From a virus (lineage: Duplodnaviria; Caudoviricetes): a DNA stretch of 53,090 bases. The stretch is from the IMG/VR virus record IMGVR_UViG_3300050121_000130, positions 1 to 53,090 of that record; one strand, 5' to 3'. The notes under the pieces are model-generated. The model was not told where the DNA came from and made no database searches. It saw only the letters and a program-made list of their open reading frames with translations. Shown piece by piece: positions 35,956 to 45,184 of the stretch. A program made the position numbers and the translations under genes. Each line of letters starts with the position of its first letter. The stretch's first letter is position 1.

Positions 35956-37007
35956 TGAATGAACCAAAGATCATTGAAAATGTTCAAAAGTTAACTTGGA
36001 ATTTCGTAGAAGTGAAAAAAGAGTTATCGGAACACGTTAAAAAATACGCCAATCTGGTTGTCAATGAAGATAATTTGACTGAAATGGAAAAAACGCAACG
36101 AGAGGTCGCTTCGCTTCGCACTAAGTTAAATAAGTTTAGGTTGGCGGTCAAAAAAGACCTAGACAAGCCTTATGACAAATTTAAATCACAAGTTGATGAG
36201 TTGCTTGAACTAGTTGGAAATGTTGAAATTCCTATCAAAGATCAAATTGAAAAGTATGAACTTCAACGGCGCAAAGATAAAAAAGAGGAAATCAAGCAAT
36301 TTATTAACACAACTTGTGAAGAATTGAAATTGTTTGATAAATTTCGCGATCAAATTGTCATTGACGATAGGTGGATGAATCGCGGTCAAAAGATCAAAGA
36401 CACGCAAGATGAAGTTTACATTAAAATTGGTTGGCTGCTTGATATTCAGAACAAGGAAATTGATGCTAAAAACTTTCGCTTGCAGAAGATTGAAATGGCT
36501 AAATTCATGTGTGAATCGCTTAGCAAAGGACTTGCAACGCCACTTATGTTTTCTGAAATTGAACATCGTCTGGAATCATTCGATATCGCAAGCATGCGGT
36601 CATATATCGAAAACGAAATAGCTAGCCGCAAGGATCGTGAAGAAAAAGCCGCACAGCAAGCTATTGAACGTGCCGAACGCGAACGGCTGGCAGAAGTAGC
36701 TAGGCAAGATAAGGCCGAACAGGAAGTATTGGATAGGCAAGAAAAAGCTAGGGTTGAAGCCGAGCGGTTAGAAGCTAGACGGTTGGAATCGGTACGGCAG
36801 ATGGAAATAAATGCGGCTAACTTGGTAACACAGAAGAAAGCGGACGATTTGATTAAAACGGCTGCACAGCCAGCGCCAAAGCCCGAAAAACTATACAAAG
36901 CTCAATTTGTCCTGTATGACATCAAGCTTGAGCAAATCGAGGAAGTTAAGCAATATTTAATTCATAAAGAAATCGAATTTGAGCAAGCCGTAAAGGTCGC
37001 TAAGTAA
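35952..37007 (+). CDS. DUF1351-like protein (recombination module)
   Basis: WNFVEVKKEL...ASLR..LNKFR..VKK...PYDKF...QIEKYE; precedes the Sak4-like ATPase. Confidence 0.8.
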   Translation: MMNEPKIIENVQKLTWNFVEVKKELSEHVKKYANLVVNEDNLTEMEKTQREVASLRTKLNKFRLAVKKDLDKPYDKFKSQVDELLELVGNVEIPIKDQIEKYELQRRKDKKEEIKQFINTTCEELKLFDKFRDQIVIDDRWMNRGQKIKDTQDEVYIKIGWLLDIQNKEIDAKNFRLQKIEMAKFMCESLSKGLATPLMFSEIEHRLESFDIASMRSYIENEIASRKDREEKAAQQAIERAERERLAEVARQDKAEQEVLDRQEKARVEAERLEARRLESVRQMEINAANLVTQKKADDLIKTAAQPAPKPEKLYKAQFVLYDIKLEQIEEVKQYLIHKEIEFEQAVKVAK

Positions 37008-37655
37008 ATGAGCAGAGTTATAGCAGTGTGTGGGGAATCGGGTTCAGGAAAGACAACCTCTCTCAGATTTTTAGACCCGAAGTCAACTTACATAATTGAC
37101 GCTGATCGTAAAGGACTAAGCTGGAAGGGTTGGAAATCGCAATACAACAAAGAAAGTAAAAATTATATCCAAACCTCAGACGTTAAAAAGATAATCACGA
37201 TTATTGCCGGGATACACAATAATGCACCACATATCAAAGTAATAATTGTTGACACCATCAACACGATCATGGTTGATGACGAAATGAAGCGTATGAACGA
37301 GAAAGGTTACGACAAGTGGCAGGACATGGCCCAAAGCGTTTGGGAAGTCGTTAGTAACGCTCACTTATACCGCGATGATTTAACAATAGCTTTCATGGCC
37401 CACACGCAAACAGACCGTGATGATAATGGATTCATGTTTACTCGAATAAAAACGTCCGGCAAGAAACTGGATAAAATCGTACTCGAAAGCAAATTTACAA
37501 CGGTTTTAATCGCAAAATGCGTAAACGGCAAGCACATTTTTGAAACACAGTCCCGCAATTCAACGGCTAAAAGTCCATTAGGGTGCTTTGAAGATTTTGA
37601 GATTGAAAACGATTTGAATAAAGTTATTAAAAAAATGGAGGAATATGAAACATGA
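37008..37655 (+). CDS. Sak4-like AAA ATPase recombinase
   Basis: GESGSGKTT, IVDT, GYDKW, AHTQ, TAKSP. Confidence 0.88.
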   Translation: MSRVIAVCGESGSGKTTSLRFLDPKSTYIIDADRKGLSWKGWKSQYNKESKNYIQTSDVKKIITIIAGIHNNAPHIKVIIVDTINTIMVDDEMKRMNEKGYDKWQDMAQSVWEVVSNAHLYRDDLTIAFMAHTQTDRDDNGFMFTRIKTSGKKLDKIVLESKFTTVLIAKCVNGKHIFETQSRNSTAKSPLGCFEDFEIENDLNKVIKKMEEYET

Positions 37656-38209
37656 AAAAGCCCCAAGGATACGATGAAACCGAAGCATTTACCGGTGATT
37701 TTAAATCCATTACGCCCGGCGGTCACATTTGCAAAATAGCAGCTGCTAAAATCGACACCACTCAAAATGGCGACGAAATGCTTGTTGTAATGTTTGATAT
37801 TTTCGACGGCGAATGTAAAGCGTATTATGCCGATCAATATAAGAGAAAATCCGCAGCTGATCCGCAAGCGAAATGGCCGGGAATCTACCGACAAATGACC
37901 GAGGGGAAAGGTACACCGTTTTTCAAAGGCATGATAACTGCGATTGAGGAAAGCAATTCCGGCTATAAGTGGAACTGGGAAGAAAAAACCCTCACTAATA
38001 AGATGTTTGGCGGGGTTTTTGGTCAGGAAGAGTGGCTCAACAACAATGGCGAAACAAAGTTATCAACAAAACTTTTATATATTCGTAGCGTAGACGCAGT
38101 TAAAAAAGGTATAACGCCACCGCCAATCAAGCGGCTGAAAGGATCAGCAAGTGTAGCGCCGGAGTCATTCGGCAAAGAAGTCTTCCCTGAAGAAGAAATT
38201 CCCTTTTAA
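37652..38209 (+). CDS. DUF669-like single-strand DNA binding protein
   Basis: PGGHICKI; acidic EEEIPF tail; follows Sak4. Confidence 0.75.
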   Translation: MKKPQGYDETEAFTGDFKSITPGGHICKIAAAKIDTTQNGDEMLVVMFDIFDGECKAYYADQYKRKSAADPQAKWPGIYRQMTEGKGTPFFKGMITAIEESNSGYKWNWEEKTLTNKMFGGVFGQEEWLNNNGETKLSTKLLYIRSVDAVKKGITPPPIKRLKGSASVAPESFGKEVFPEEEIPF

Positions 38210-38266
38210 TCCCAAATTTAATACAGCAGGGTTCCCTACCCCTGCTTTCTTTTTACCTAAAATGAG

Positions 38267-39019
38267 GTGATAACAACGAAACCGATGGATATTACTGGTC
38301 AAAAACATGGATTGTTAACAGCGATAAAGCCAGTAGGAAAACGCAAGAATGGTTGTTATATATGGTTATTCAAATGTGACTGTGGTAACGAACACGTTGC
38401 TTCAATGGGACAAGTTAGAAGTGGCAATGTAAAAAGTTGTGGATGCTTACTTAGAAAGAAAATTATCGACATAGCAGGACAAAGATTCGGAAGATTAACA
38501 GCGATTAAACAGGTTTCGCTCGGAAGCAGAAAAGTAAAAGGAAAATGGCTTTTCAGATGTGATTGCGGGAATGAAATTACAATTCCTGCCCAAGCAGCTA
38601 AATCAGGTAATACACATAGTTGTGGATGCTTAAAAAAAGAAATTGCTGCTAGTAAAGCAAAAGAAGCTAATTTGTTAGCACAAAAGGCGTGCACTACTCA
38701 TGGGTGTACAGGAACAAGACTTTATAAGATTTACAAAGGGATGAAGCAACGGTGCTATAACTCCAATAATCCCAATTTTAAATATTATGGTGGTAAAGGA
38801 ATAACGATTTGTGATGAATGGCTAAGTGATCCACAAATTTTCATGAACTGGGCGTTGAGTCACGGATATACGAATAAATTGACTATTGACCGTATTGATA
38901 GTGATAAAGGGTATTGCCCTGACAATTGTGAGTTTATAACACAAGCAGATCAAGCAAGAAAAGCATTAATTGTTAGAGCCGAAAACAAAAAGAAACGGTT
39001 AAAAAATGCAGCTTCGTGA
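38267..39019 (+). CDS. HNH homing endonuclease (duplicated N-terminal CDCG/SCGC module)
   Basis: DITGQ.FG.LT...CDCGN...SCGCL x2; MKQRCYN..YGGKGITICDEW..TIDRID..KGY.P.NC. Confidence 0.88.
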   Translation: MITTKPMDITGQKHGLLTAIKPVGKRKNGCYIWLFKCDCGNEHVASMGQVRSGNVKSCGCLLRKKIIDIAGQRFGRLTAIKQVSLGSRKVKGKWLFRCDCGNEITIPAQAAKSGNTHSCGCLKKEIAASKAKEANLLAQKACTTHGCTGTRLYKIYKGMKQRCYNSNNPNFKYYGGKGITICDEWLSDPQIFMNWALSHGYTNKLTIDRIDSDKGYCPDNCEFITQADQARKALIVRAENKKKRLKNAAS

Positions 39020-40385
39020 TTATCAGACCAAATTAGTCGATGACGTTCGTCAACAAATTCGACTTGGACAAACCCGAATCCTCATTCTGCTTCCCACGGG
39101 CGGCGGCAAAACGGCGATCGCCTCATATATCATCAGCCGAACAGTAAAACGCGGCAACAGGGCAATGATGACGGCCCATAGGTCTGAAATTATCTCACAA
39201 ACTGGCAAAACAATGAAGGAATTTAATGTTCCTTACGGATTAATTCAAGCTGGCGAAAAAATGAATTTAAAGCAACCAATGCAAGTAGCCAGTATATTAA
39301 CTCTTCGAAACCGACTTGATAAAATACCTGTACCAAAAATTCTAGTAATTGATGAAAGCCAGCACCTGGTGAGCCGAACATGGAAAGAGGTTGCTGATTA
39401 CTATAGCGAACGAGGAACGATCATTCTGGGACTTAGTGCAACTCCGAAACGTTTGTCGGGAGAATCATTGTCAAGTTGTTTTGATGTGATGGTACAAGGC
39501 CCATCAATTAAAGAATTAATCAATATGGGAGCCCTAAGCAAGTTCAAATATTTCGCCCCAAGTGTCGGAATCGACACATCGACAATTCATATTAAATGCG
39601 GCGATTTTGATAAAGGCGAACTTGAAATTGCAGTCAACAAAAGGGCTATAACAGGCGACGTAATTGCCCATTACAACAGATTGATACCAGGTAAACGAGC
39701 AATTGTATTTTGTGTATCAGTCGCACATGCAAAGTCAGTTGCTGGTGATTTTAACGAAAGTGGAATCGCAGCAGAGTTTGTCGAGGGATCAATGCCAAAA
39801 GAGTCACGCAAGGCTGCATTCGATAGATTTAAACGCGGTGAAACATTGGTATTAACAAATGTTGAAATTGCGGGCGAGGGCGTTGATATTCCGGCAGTAG
39901 AGTCGGCAATCCTGCTCAGACCAACAATGAGCGAATCGTTGTATTTGCAACAAGTTGGACGAGCTTTGAGAGTCGACCCGGATAATCCCGACAAGCTAGC
40001 TACAATTCTTGATCATTGTTCGAACGTGTTTACTCATGGGCTACCTGATAAAGAAAGAGAGTGGAGTTTAGACGGCACCGCCCGCCGCTCGCCGTCAGAA
40101 AAGTCAATCGGAATACGACAATGCCCAAACTGTTTTCGTTGCATAGTCCCTGCGCCCATATGCGTGTGCGGGTATGAATTTACCGTAACAGCGAGGATGC
40201 TGGCGGAAGAAAAGGGCGAGCTCAAAGAATTCGATGCCGAGCTATTAGAAATAGCAAAGCGAAAAAAGCGGATTGAATTGAATTGTTGCAAGACAATTGC
40301 TGATCTGAAGCAGTTTGCAGAAGAAAATGGATATAAAAGTGGTTGGGTTTATATGAGAGCGAGATTGAAAAATATTAGGAGTTGA
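39006..40385 (+). CDS. SF2 DEAD/DEAH-box helicase
   Basis: LRDYQ, PTGGGKT, DESQH, SATP, EGVDIP, QQVGRALR, C-terminal Zn finger. Confidence 0.95.
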   Translation: MQLRDYQTKLVDDVRQQIRLGQTRILILLPTGGGKTAIASYIISRTVKRGNRAMMTAHRSEIISQTGKTMKEFNVPYGLIQAGEKMNLKQPMQVASILTLRNRLDKIPVPKILVIDESQHLVSRTWKEVADYYSERGTIILGLSATPKRLSGESLSSCFDVMVQGPSIKELINMGALSKFKYFAPSVGIDTSTIHIKCGDFDKGELEIAVNKRAITGDVIAHYNRLIPGKRAIVFCVSVAHAKSVAGDFNESGIAAEFVEGSMPKESRKAAFDRFKRGETLVLTNVEIAGEGVDIPAVESAILLRPTMSESLYLQQVGRALRVDPDNPDKLATILDHCSNVFTHGLPDKEREWSLDGTARRSPSEKSIGIRQCPNCFRCIVPAPICVCGYEFTVTARMLAEEKGELKEFDAELLEIAKRKKRIELNCCKTIADLKQFAEENGYKSGWVYMRARLKNIRS

Positions 40386-40524
40386 TGAAAGTGGCGGGAG
40401 ATTGTACGGATTGATCATGTTTTTATTGTGAAAATCCAGATTGCCACTACTGTGATATATCTAAAACGAGTTTTTGTCCCGGAAAAATAAAGCAATGCGA
40501 TAAAACTAAAAGCGAGGTTAAAAA

Positions 40525-41046
40525 ATGCCAACCTTAGAGATCGATATAAAAAAGCAAGTAAACATTAAAAAGGTAGTCAAGGCCGTTAAAAGCATTGGCG
40601 AATTCGCCCTGTACTCCAAAAGCGAAGATTGCAATTTACTGGTCACTAGGTATTTTGTTCTGAATCTTAATGCCGATCAATTTTGGGAAGCCCAATGCGC
40701 CCTGCTGGCAAAGAAAATTGGAGTCTGGTTTTCGATCTGCAAAGAAGGCTTAGTCGAAGGTAAAAGCATCGAGGATGACGGCTCGGGCGTGGATCTGTAT
40801 TTCAAGACAGTTCACAATCCAATCGCTGAAATAATTGGTTACACCGAATTGATTTTAAATGGTGTGATGCTTTATGCAGGGGAAGAAAAGTATATCGGGA
40901 TTAAAGAATCTTACATTGAAATGCTTGGCGGTTTGTCGGCTATCAAGAAAGCCAGAAATTCAAGTGTAGTGATCGCTTCTGATTTTCATTTGTTAACCAT
41001 AGTGGATAAAGCCGAATCTCAATATTTAGCACCATTACTGTTTTAA
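40525..41046 (+). CDS. Hypothetical protein
   Basis: GAGGT RBS; followed by a hairpin. Confidence 0.7.
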   Translation: MPTLEIDIKKQVNIKKVVKAVKSIGEFALYSKSEDCNLLVTRYFVLNLNADQFWEAQCALLAKKIGVWFSICKEGLVEGKSIEDDGSGVDLYFKTVHNPIAEIIGYTELILNGVMLYAGEEKYIGIKESYIEMLGGLSAIKKARNSSVVIASDFHLLTIVDKAESQYLAPLLF

Positions 41047-41086
41047 AACAGGGGGCTCTCAGCCCCCACAAATATAGGAGGTAGCC

Positions 41087-41323
41087 ATGCAAGATAACAG
41101 GCCAGTGGCACATTGGGAAAAAAAATTGTCAACGAATTATATCTCATTCATCTGGGCGGCTGCTAGAAAAGCACTGCTGGAAGCTGGAAGACAAGCCGAA
41201 TTTGACGATATGCAGAAAAACATTGAAGGGCATAGTTGGACGGAGCAAATAAAAATCATGAAAAACTATGTGAGGTTTGAAGGGGATTACATTTCTGATC
41301 AGCAGTCGAAGGCCCCAGGATGA
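41087..41323 (+). CDS. Hypothetical protein
   Basis: AGGAGGT RBS. Confidence 0.7.
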   Translation: MQDNRPVAHWEKKLSTNYISFIWAAARKALLEAGRQAEFDDMQKNIEGHSWTEQIKIMKNYVRFEGDYISDQQSKAPG

Positions 41324-41673
41324 AGGAGAAGGATTTGCAATCAATGATTCAGATAGAATTGTCAAAGCAAGGATTTACAGTTTTTCGTGCAAATGCCGGA
41401 AGTGGTTGGACAGGTAAAGAAATTATTCGAACTGCAAACGGTGGAGTTTACATACCGGAAGCGAGAGTTTTACAAGCAATGGTCAAGGGCTTTTCAGATT
41501 TATTCGGAGTGGCGCCAGAAGGAAAAATATTTTTCATTGAGGTGAAAACACCGACAGGACGTGTTAGGCCCGAGCAGACCACGTTTTTAAATAGGATGAG
41601 AGAAATTGGAGCGAGGGCAGGGGTGGCCCGGAGCATATCAGATGCCGTGGCGATTGCGAGGGGTGAGGTATGA
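41320..41673 (+). CDS. VRR-NUC nuclease (Holliday junction resolvase-like)
   Basis: EKDLQ...FRANAG...GFSDL...FIEVKTPTGRVRPEQ. Confidence 0.92.
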   Translation: MKEKDLQSMIQIELSKQGFTVFRANAGSGWTGKEIIRTANGGVYIPEARVLQAMVKGFSDLFGVAPEGKIFFIEVKTPTGRVRPEQTTFLNRMREIGARAGVARSISDAVAIARGEV

Positions 41674-41954
41674 AAATGATATGCGCTTTACTGAAGGTTG
41701 CATTAATGGCATTGCTTGTAGCTGTCGTAATGGCTACACTGACGGGGTTTAAATTTGTAGAAGTTAATTATACAGCCGTTAGAGGGGATACCCTGCAGGA
41801 AGTAGCAGAGCGTTATATAGTTAAAAACACTGCAACCATTAGAGACATTAAAGAATTTAAAGAGGGGATTCGCGAAGAAAATTTTGATGTGATTGGAAAC
41901 AGAGAAATTACCCTGGGTGATGTATTGAAAATTACTTGGTGGGAGGCGGATTGA
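41670..41954 (+). CDS. Membrane-anchored LysM-like protein
   Basis: N-terminal TM; YTAVRGDTLQEVAERY...I.EEN...ITLGDVLKI. Confidence 0.75.
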   Translation: MKMICALLKVALMALLVAVVMATLTGFKFVEVNYTAVRGDTLQEVAERYIVKNTATIRDIKEFKEGIREENFDVIGNREITLGDVLKITWWEAD

Positions 41955-41955
41955 T

Positions 41956-42642
41956 ACGAATTTAAACAGAATCGTCAATGGTGATTGTATGGACGGAATG
42001 AAACAAATTCCCGACAAGTATTTTGATCTTGCAATCGTTGATCCGTCTTATTTTAGTGGACCAGAAAGGCGCGAGTTTTATGGAAATAAAATTAGTTCAA
42101 TCGGGGTTTCTCGTTTATATAAAAAAAGTACTACTTGGATAGTCCCGACAGAAAAGTATTTTCAAGAATTATTTAGAGTATCAAGTAACCAAATAATTTG
42201 GGGTTGCAATTACTATGATTACAAATTCGGTCCTGGGCGAATAGTGTGGGACAAGGTAAACGGGGAAAGCTCATTCTCTGATTGCGAAGAAGCATATTGT
42301 AGTTTGCACAATAGTTCTCGATTATTCAGGTTTATGTGGAGTGGAATGTTTCAAGGAAAAAGCGTATCTGATGGAACGACGCAACAAGGAAATAAGAAGT
42401 TAAATGAAAAACGCATCCACCCTACCCAAAAGCCGGTTGCCCTTTATAAATGGATTCTGGCTAACTACACCACTATAGGAGATAAAATCCTAGATACTCA
42501 TGTTGGAAGCGGATCAAGCATTGTGGCTTGTTATGAATTAGGATTCGATTACTTAGGATATGAAATAGACACTGACTATTTTAATGCAGCAAGCAAAAGA
42601 ATCGAAGCGGTTAAAGCACAGGGGAGGTTGTTTGTGCCATGA
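41956..42642 (+). CDS. DNA N6A/N4C methyltransferase (beta class), possibly degenerate
   Basis: GDCMDGM, DPSY (instead of DPPY), HPTQKPV, LDTHVGSGS; RBS-appropriate codon is ACG at 41956, first ATG at 41989. Confidence 0.88.
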   Translation, partial: TNLNRIVNGDCMDGMKQIPDKYFDLAIVDPSYFSGPERREFYGNKISSIGVSRLYKKSTTWIVPTEKYFQELFRVSSNQIIWGCNYYDYKFGPGRIVWDKVNGESSFSDCEEAYCSLHNSSRLFRFMWSGMFQGKSVSDGTTQQGNKKLNEKRIHPTQKPVALYKWILANYTTIGDKILDTHVGSGSSIVACYELGFDYLGYEIDTDYFNAASKRIEAVKAQGRLFVP

Positions 42643-42830
42643 ACATGTTTGTTTTCCCCGGCCGCGTCTACGCCCTAAACGTAGTCGACGCCCTCGACAA
42701 AATCCACGAAATGATTGATACCAGAGGGCTAAAATACATCGGCCCTGTTTCACTCAGGGAATGTGACGTACAGACAAAATCAGTTATTTGGTACGAGTTT
42801 TATTGCAAGGTAGAAGAAATTGGAGCGTGA
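42639..42830 (+). CDS. Hypothetical protein
   Basis: ATGA-coupled ORF. Confidence 0.6.
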   Translation: MNMFVFPGRVYALNVVDALDKIHEMIDTRGLKYIGPVSLRECDVQTKSVIWYEFYCKVEEIGA

Positions 42831-42838
42831 TTTGACAA

Positions 42839-43630
42839 GTGGGAATAAAAATAGAATTGTTCAATGACAATTTTCAAAATTATAAAAGTTATGGTATTCC
42901 AGCAAAGGCACAGTTGGTAATTGCCGATATTCCGTACAACTTAGGCAATAATGCTTTTGCTTCAAATCCTATGTGGTACGTTGACGGCGATAATAAAAAC
43001 GGTGAAAGCAAAAACGCGAACAAGAGTTTTTTCAATACCGATAATAATTTTAATATAGCCGAATACTTCCATTTTTGCAGCAAGTTACTAAAAAAAGAAC
43101 CTAAAGAAACGGGACAAGCACCCGCTATGATTGTATTTTGCTCATTCCAGCAAACGCCATTAGTTATTGAATACGGCAAAAAGCATGGATTTGTTAACAG
43201 CTACCCGCTGTTTTTCGTAAAAAATTATTCAGCACAAGTATTAAAAGCCAATATGAAAATTGTCGGAGCTACAGAAATAGCTATGGTTTTGTATCGTGAC
43301 AAGTTACCAAAGTTTAATAATGGAAAAACCGAAACAGAAAAAGGGAAAATGGTTTTTAATTGGATTGAATGGCGCAGGGACAACCGAAAAATATATCCTA
43401 AAATTCATCCGACTCAAAAGCCCGTAAGTTTGCTAAAACAACTCGTTGAGATATTTACAGACGAAGGTGATACGGTAATAGACCCCGTTGCTGGAAGTGG
43501 AACAACATTAAGAGCATGTGCCGAGTTAAACCGAAATTGTTACGGATTTGAAGTTGATAAGATCTTTTATAAAGAAGCTGTCGATAAAATGATTAATTTT
43601 GATAGTAAAGAAGAGCAAATATTATTTTAA
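42839..43630 (+). CDS. DNA N6A/N4C methyltransferase (beta class)
   Basis: DIPY, HPTQKPV, DPVAGSGTT. Confidence 0.92.
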   Translation: MGIKIELFNDNFQNYKSYGIPAKAQLVIADIPYNLGNNAFASNPMWYVDGDNKNGESKNANKSFFNTDNNFNIAEYFHFCSKLLKKEPKETGQAPAMIVFCSFQQTPLVIEYGKKHGFVNSYPLFFVKNYSAQVLKANMKIVGATEIAMVLYRDKLPKFNNGKTETEKGKMVFNWIEWRRDNRKIYPKIHPTQKPVSLLKQLVEIFTDEGDTVIDPVAGSGTTLRACAELNRNCYGFEVDKIFYKEAVDKMINFDSKEEQILF

Positions 43631-43768
43631 GGCAAGGTGGTGGAAATTGGTGCGTAAAGGTTATTCATCGGTAGGAAAAGTTTGCGGAGCTGATAAGTCC
43701 CGCTGGGAGCATTGGCATCGACAACAGCAGCAAAAGAAGTTGGTAACAAAGATCAAGAAGGTGGAAAC

Positions 43769-44032
43769 ATGAATTTAGCAATTCACGCCCGAACATATAA
43801 TTATTTTGCCTTAACAGCTGCGATCTTAAATTCAAAATTTAGCGTTGAAGATGCAATTAATAAATTTTCGCCTGCAACTGAAAAGCATAAAGTTGATAAT
43901 TCAACGACTATTGAAATGATGCGGCTTAAGAAAACAATGACATACAAGGAAATTGGCTGCTTATACGGGATTAGAGCTGATGCTGTATATAACAGAATCA
44001 GGAGGTATAAGGGAGGACTTGCAAGTGGATGA
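43769..44032 (+). CDS. HTH DNA-binding protein (sigma region-4-like)
   Basis: MTYKEIGCLYGIRADAVYNRIRR. Confidence 0.7.
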   Translation: MNLAIHARTYNYFALTAAILNSKFSVEDAINKFSPATEKHKVDNSTTIEMMRLKKTMTYKEIGCLYGIRADAVYNRIRRYKGGLASG

Positions 44033-44297
44033 TGTAAGATTTGACCTAAAATATTGGCAGCAGATTGCTAGAAATGTGGTCGGTAGTCAGGGAAAAGCTT
44101 TTGCAGTGGTCAAGAATCCAATAAATAATGAATATTTTGTGCGGTCGCTGGAATCAGCGAAGACCTTTAAGAATGAGATAGTCTGGTCCAGTGATCAACC
44201 AGAAATTAAGATCGAGCCGGTACCATTAGATATACCGTCCGGTCTACTGATTACCTACATGATAGCGGGAGGCGGTTTACATTGCGAGTTGGATTAA
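44025..44297 (+). CDS. Hypothetical protein
   Basis: GGAGG RBS before GTG. Confidence 0.6.
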   Translation: MDDVRFDLKYWQQIARNVVGSQGKAFAVVKNPINNEYFVRSLESAKTFKNEIVWSSDQPEIKIEPVPLDIPSGLLITYMIAGGGLHCELD

Positions 44298-45184
44298 TTC
44301 AAGTTGACGGTAAACTTCCTAACTTGGCACTCATGAAATTGTCGGCATGGCATAAATCACAGGGAGACGAAGTGGTTTTCCCTTATGATTATCAGGACAT
44401 GTTCGCTGGAAAAGTGGACAAGGTATATGTAGCTGTGATTTTCGACTGGAATCGGAAAAAAGCTACTAAATATGCCAAATTGGGTGCGGTGATCGGAGGA
44501 ACTGGGTGGAATTTTACAACGACCTTGCCAACTGAAATAGAATCTATGAAACCTGATTATGACCTGTATGGGATTGATTATGGTATGGGATTTACGCAAC
44601 GCGGTTGTATCAGAAGGTGCAAATTTTGTGTAGTTTGGAGAAAAGAAAGCCATATAAAAGAAGTAGCTATGCCTATAGAATTGATTAATCAAAAATCTAA
44701 AGAACTTATTTTGCTTGATAATAATTTCCTTGCATCGCCATTATGGCGTGAGAAATCTCAGCAAATTATTGATCATAAAATAAAAGTCGATTTTACACAA
44801 GGTCTTGATATTAGGCTAGTGGATGATGAGAAGTCAGAATTGTTGGCAGCAATGCGGCACCGGAAGCGAATACACTTTGCCTTTGATAATCTGCAAATTG
44901 AGAAAGAAGTACGCCATGGCATTGAACTGTTGCTTAGTCAGGGAATAAATCATGATCGGCTTTCGTTTTATGTACTTGTTAATTTTAACAGTACCATTGA
45001 GCAGGATTTGAAACGGATAGCAATACTTGATGAATATGGAGTAAATTCTTTTGTCATGGTGTACAACAAGGCAACTGCACCGCAAAAGATAAAATATTTA
45101 GCCAGGTGGTGCAATAAATATCAGACTAAAAAGTCTTGTAGTTTTAAAGATTACGATCCTCATGCTAGGAGGAAAGCAATATGA
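44282..45184 (+). CDS. Radical SAM protein
   Basis: PNLALMKLSAWHK; RGCIRRCKFC (CxxxCxxC); LLDNNFLA; QGLDIRL. Confidence 0.9.
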   Translation: MRVGLIQVDGKLPNLALMKLSAWHKSQGDEVVFPYDYQDMFAGKVDKVYVAVIFDWNRKKATKYAKLGAVIGGTGWNFTTTLPTEIESMKPDYDLYGIDYGMGFTQRGCIRRCKFCVVWRKESHIKEVAMPIELINQKSKELILLDNNFLASPLWREKSQQIIDHKIKVDFTQGLDIRLVDDEKSELLAAMRHRKRIHFAFDNLQIEKEVRHGIELLLSQGINHDRLSFYVLVNFNSTIEQDLKRIAILDEYGVNSFVMVYNKATAPQKIKYLARWCNKYQTKKSCSFKDYDPHARRKAI

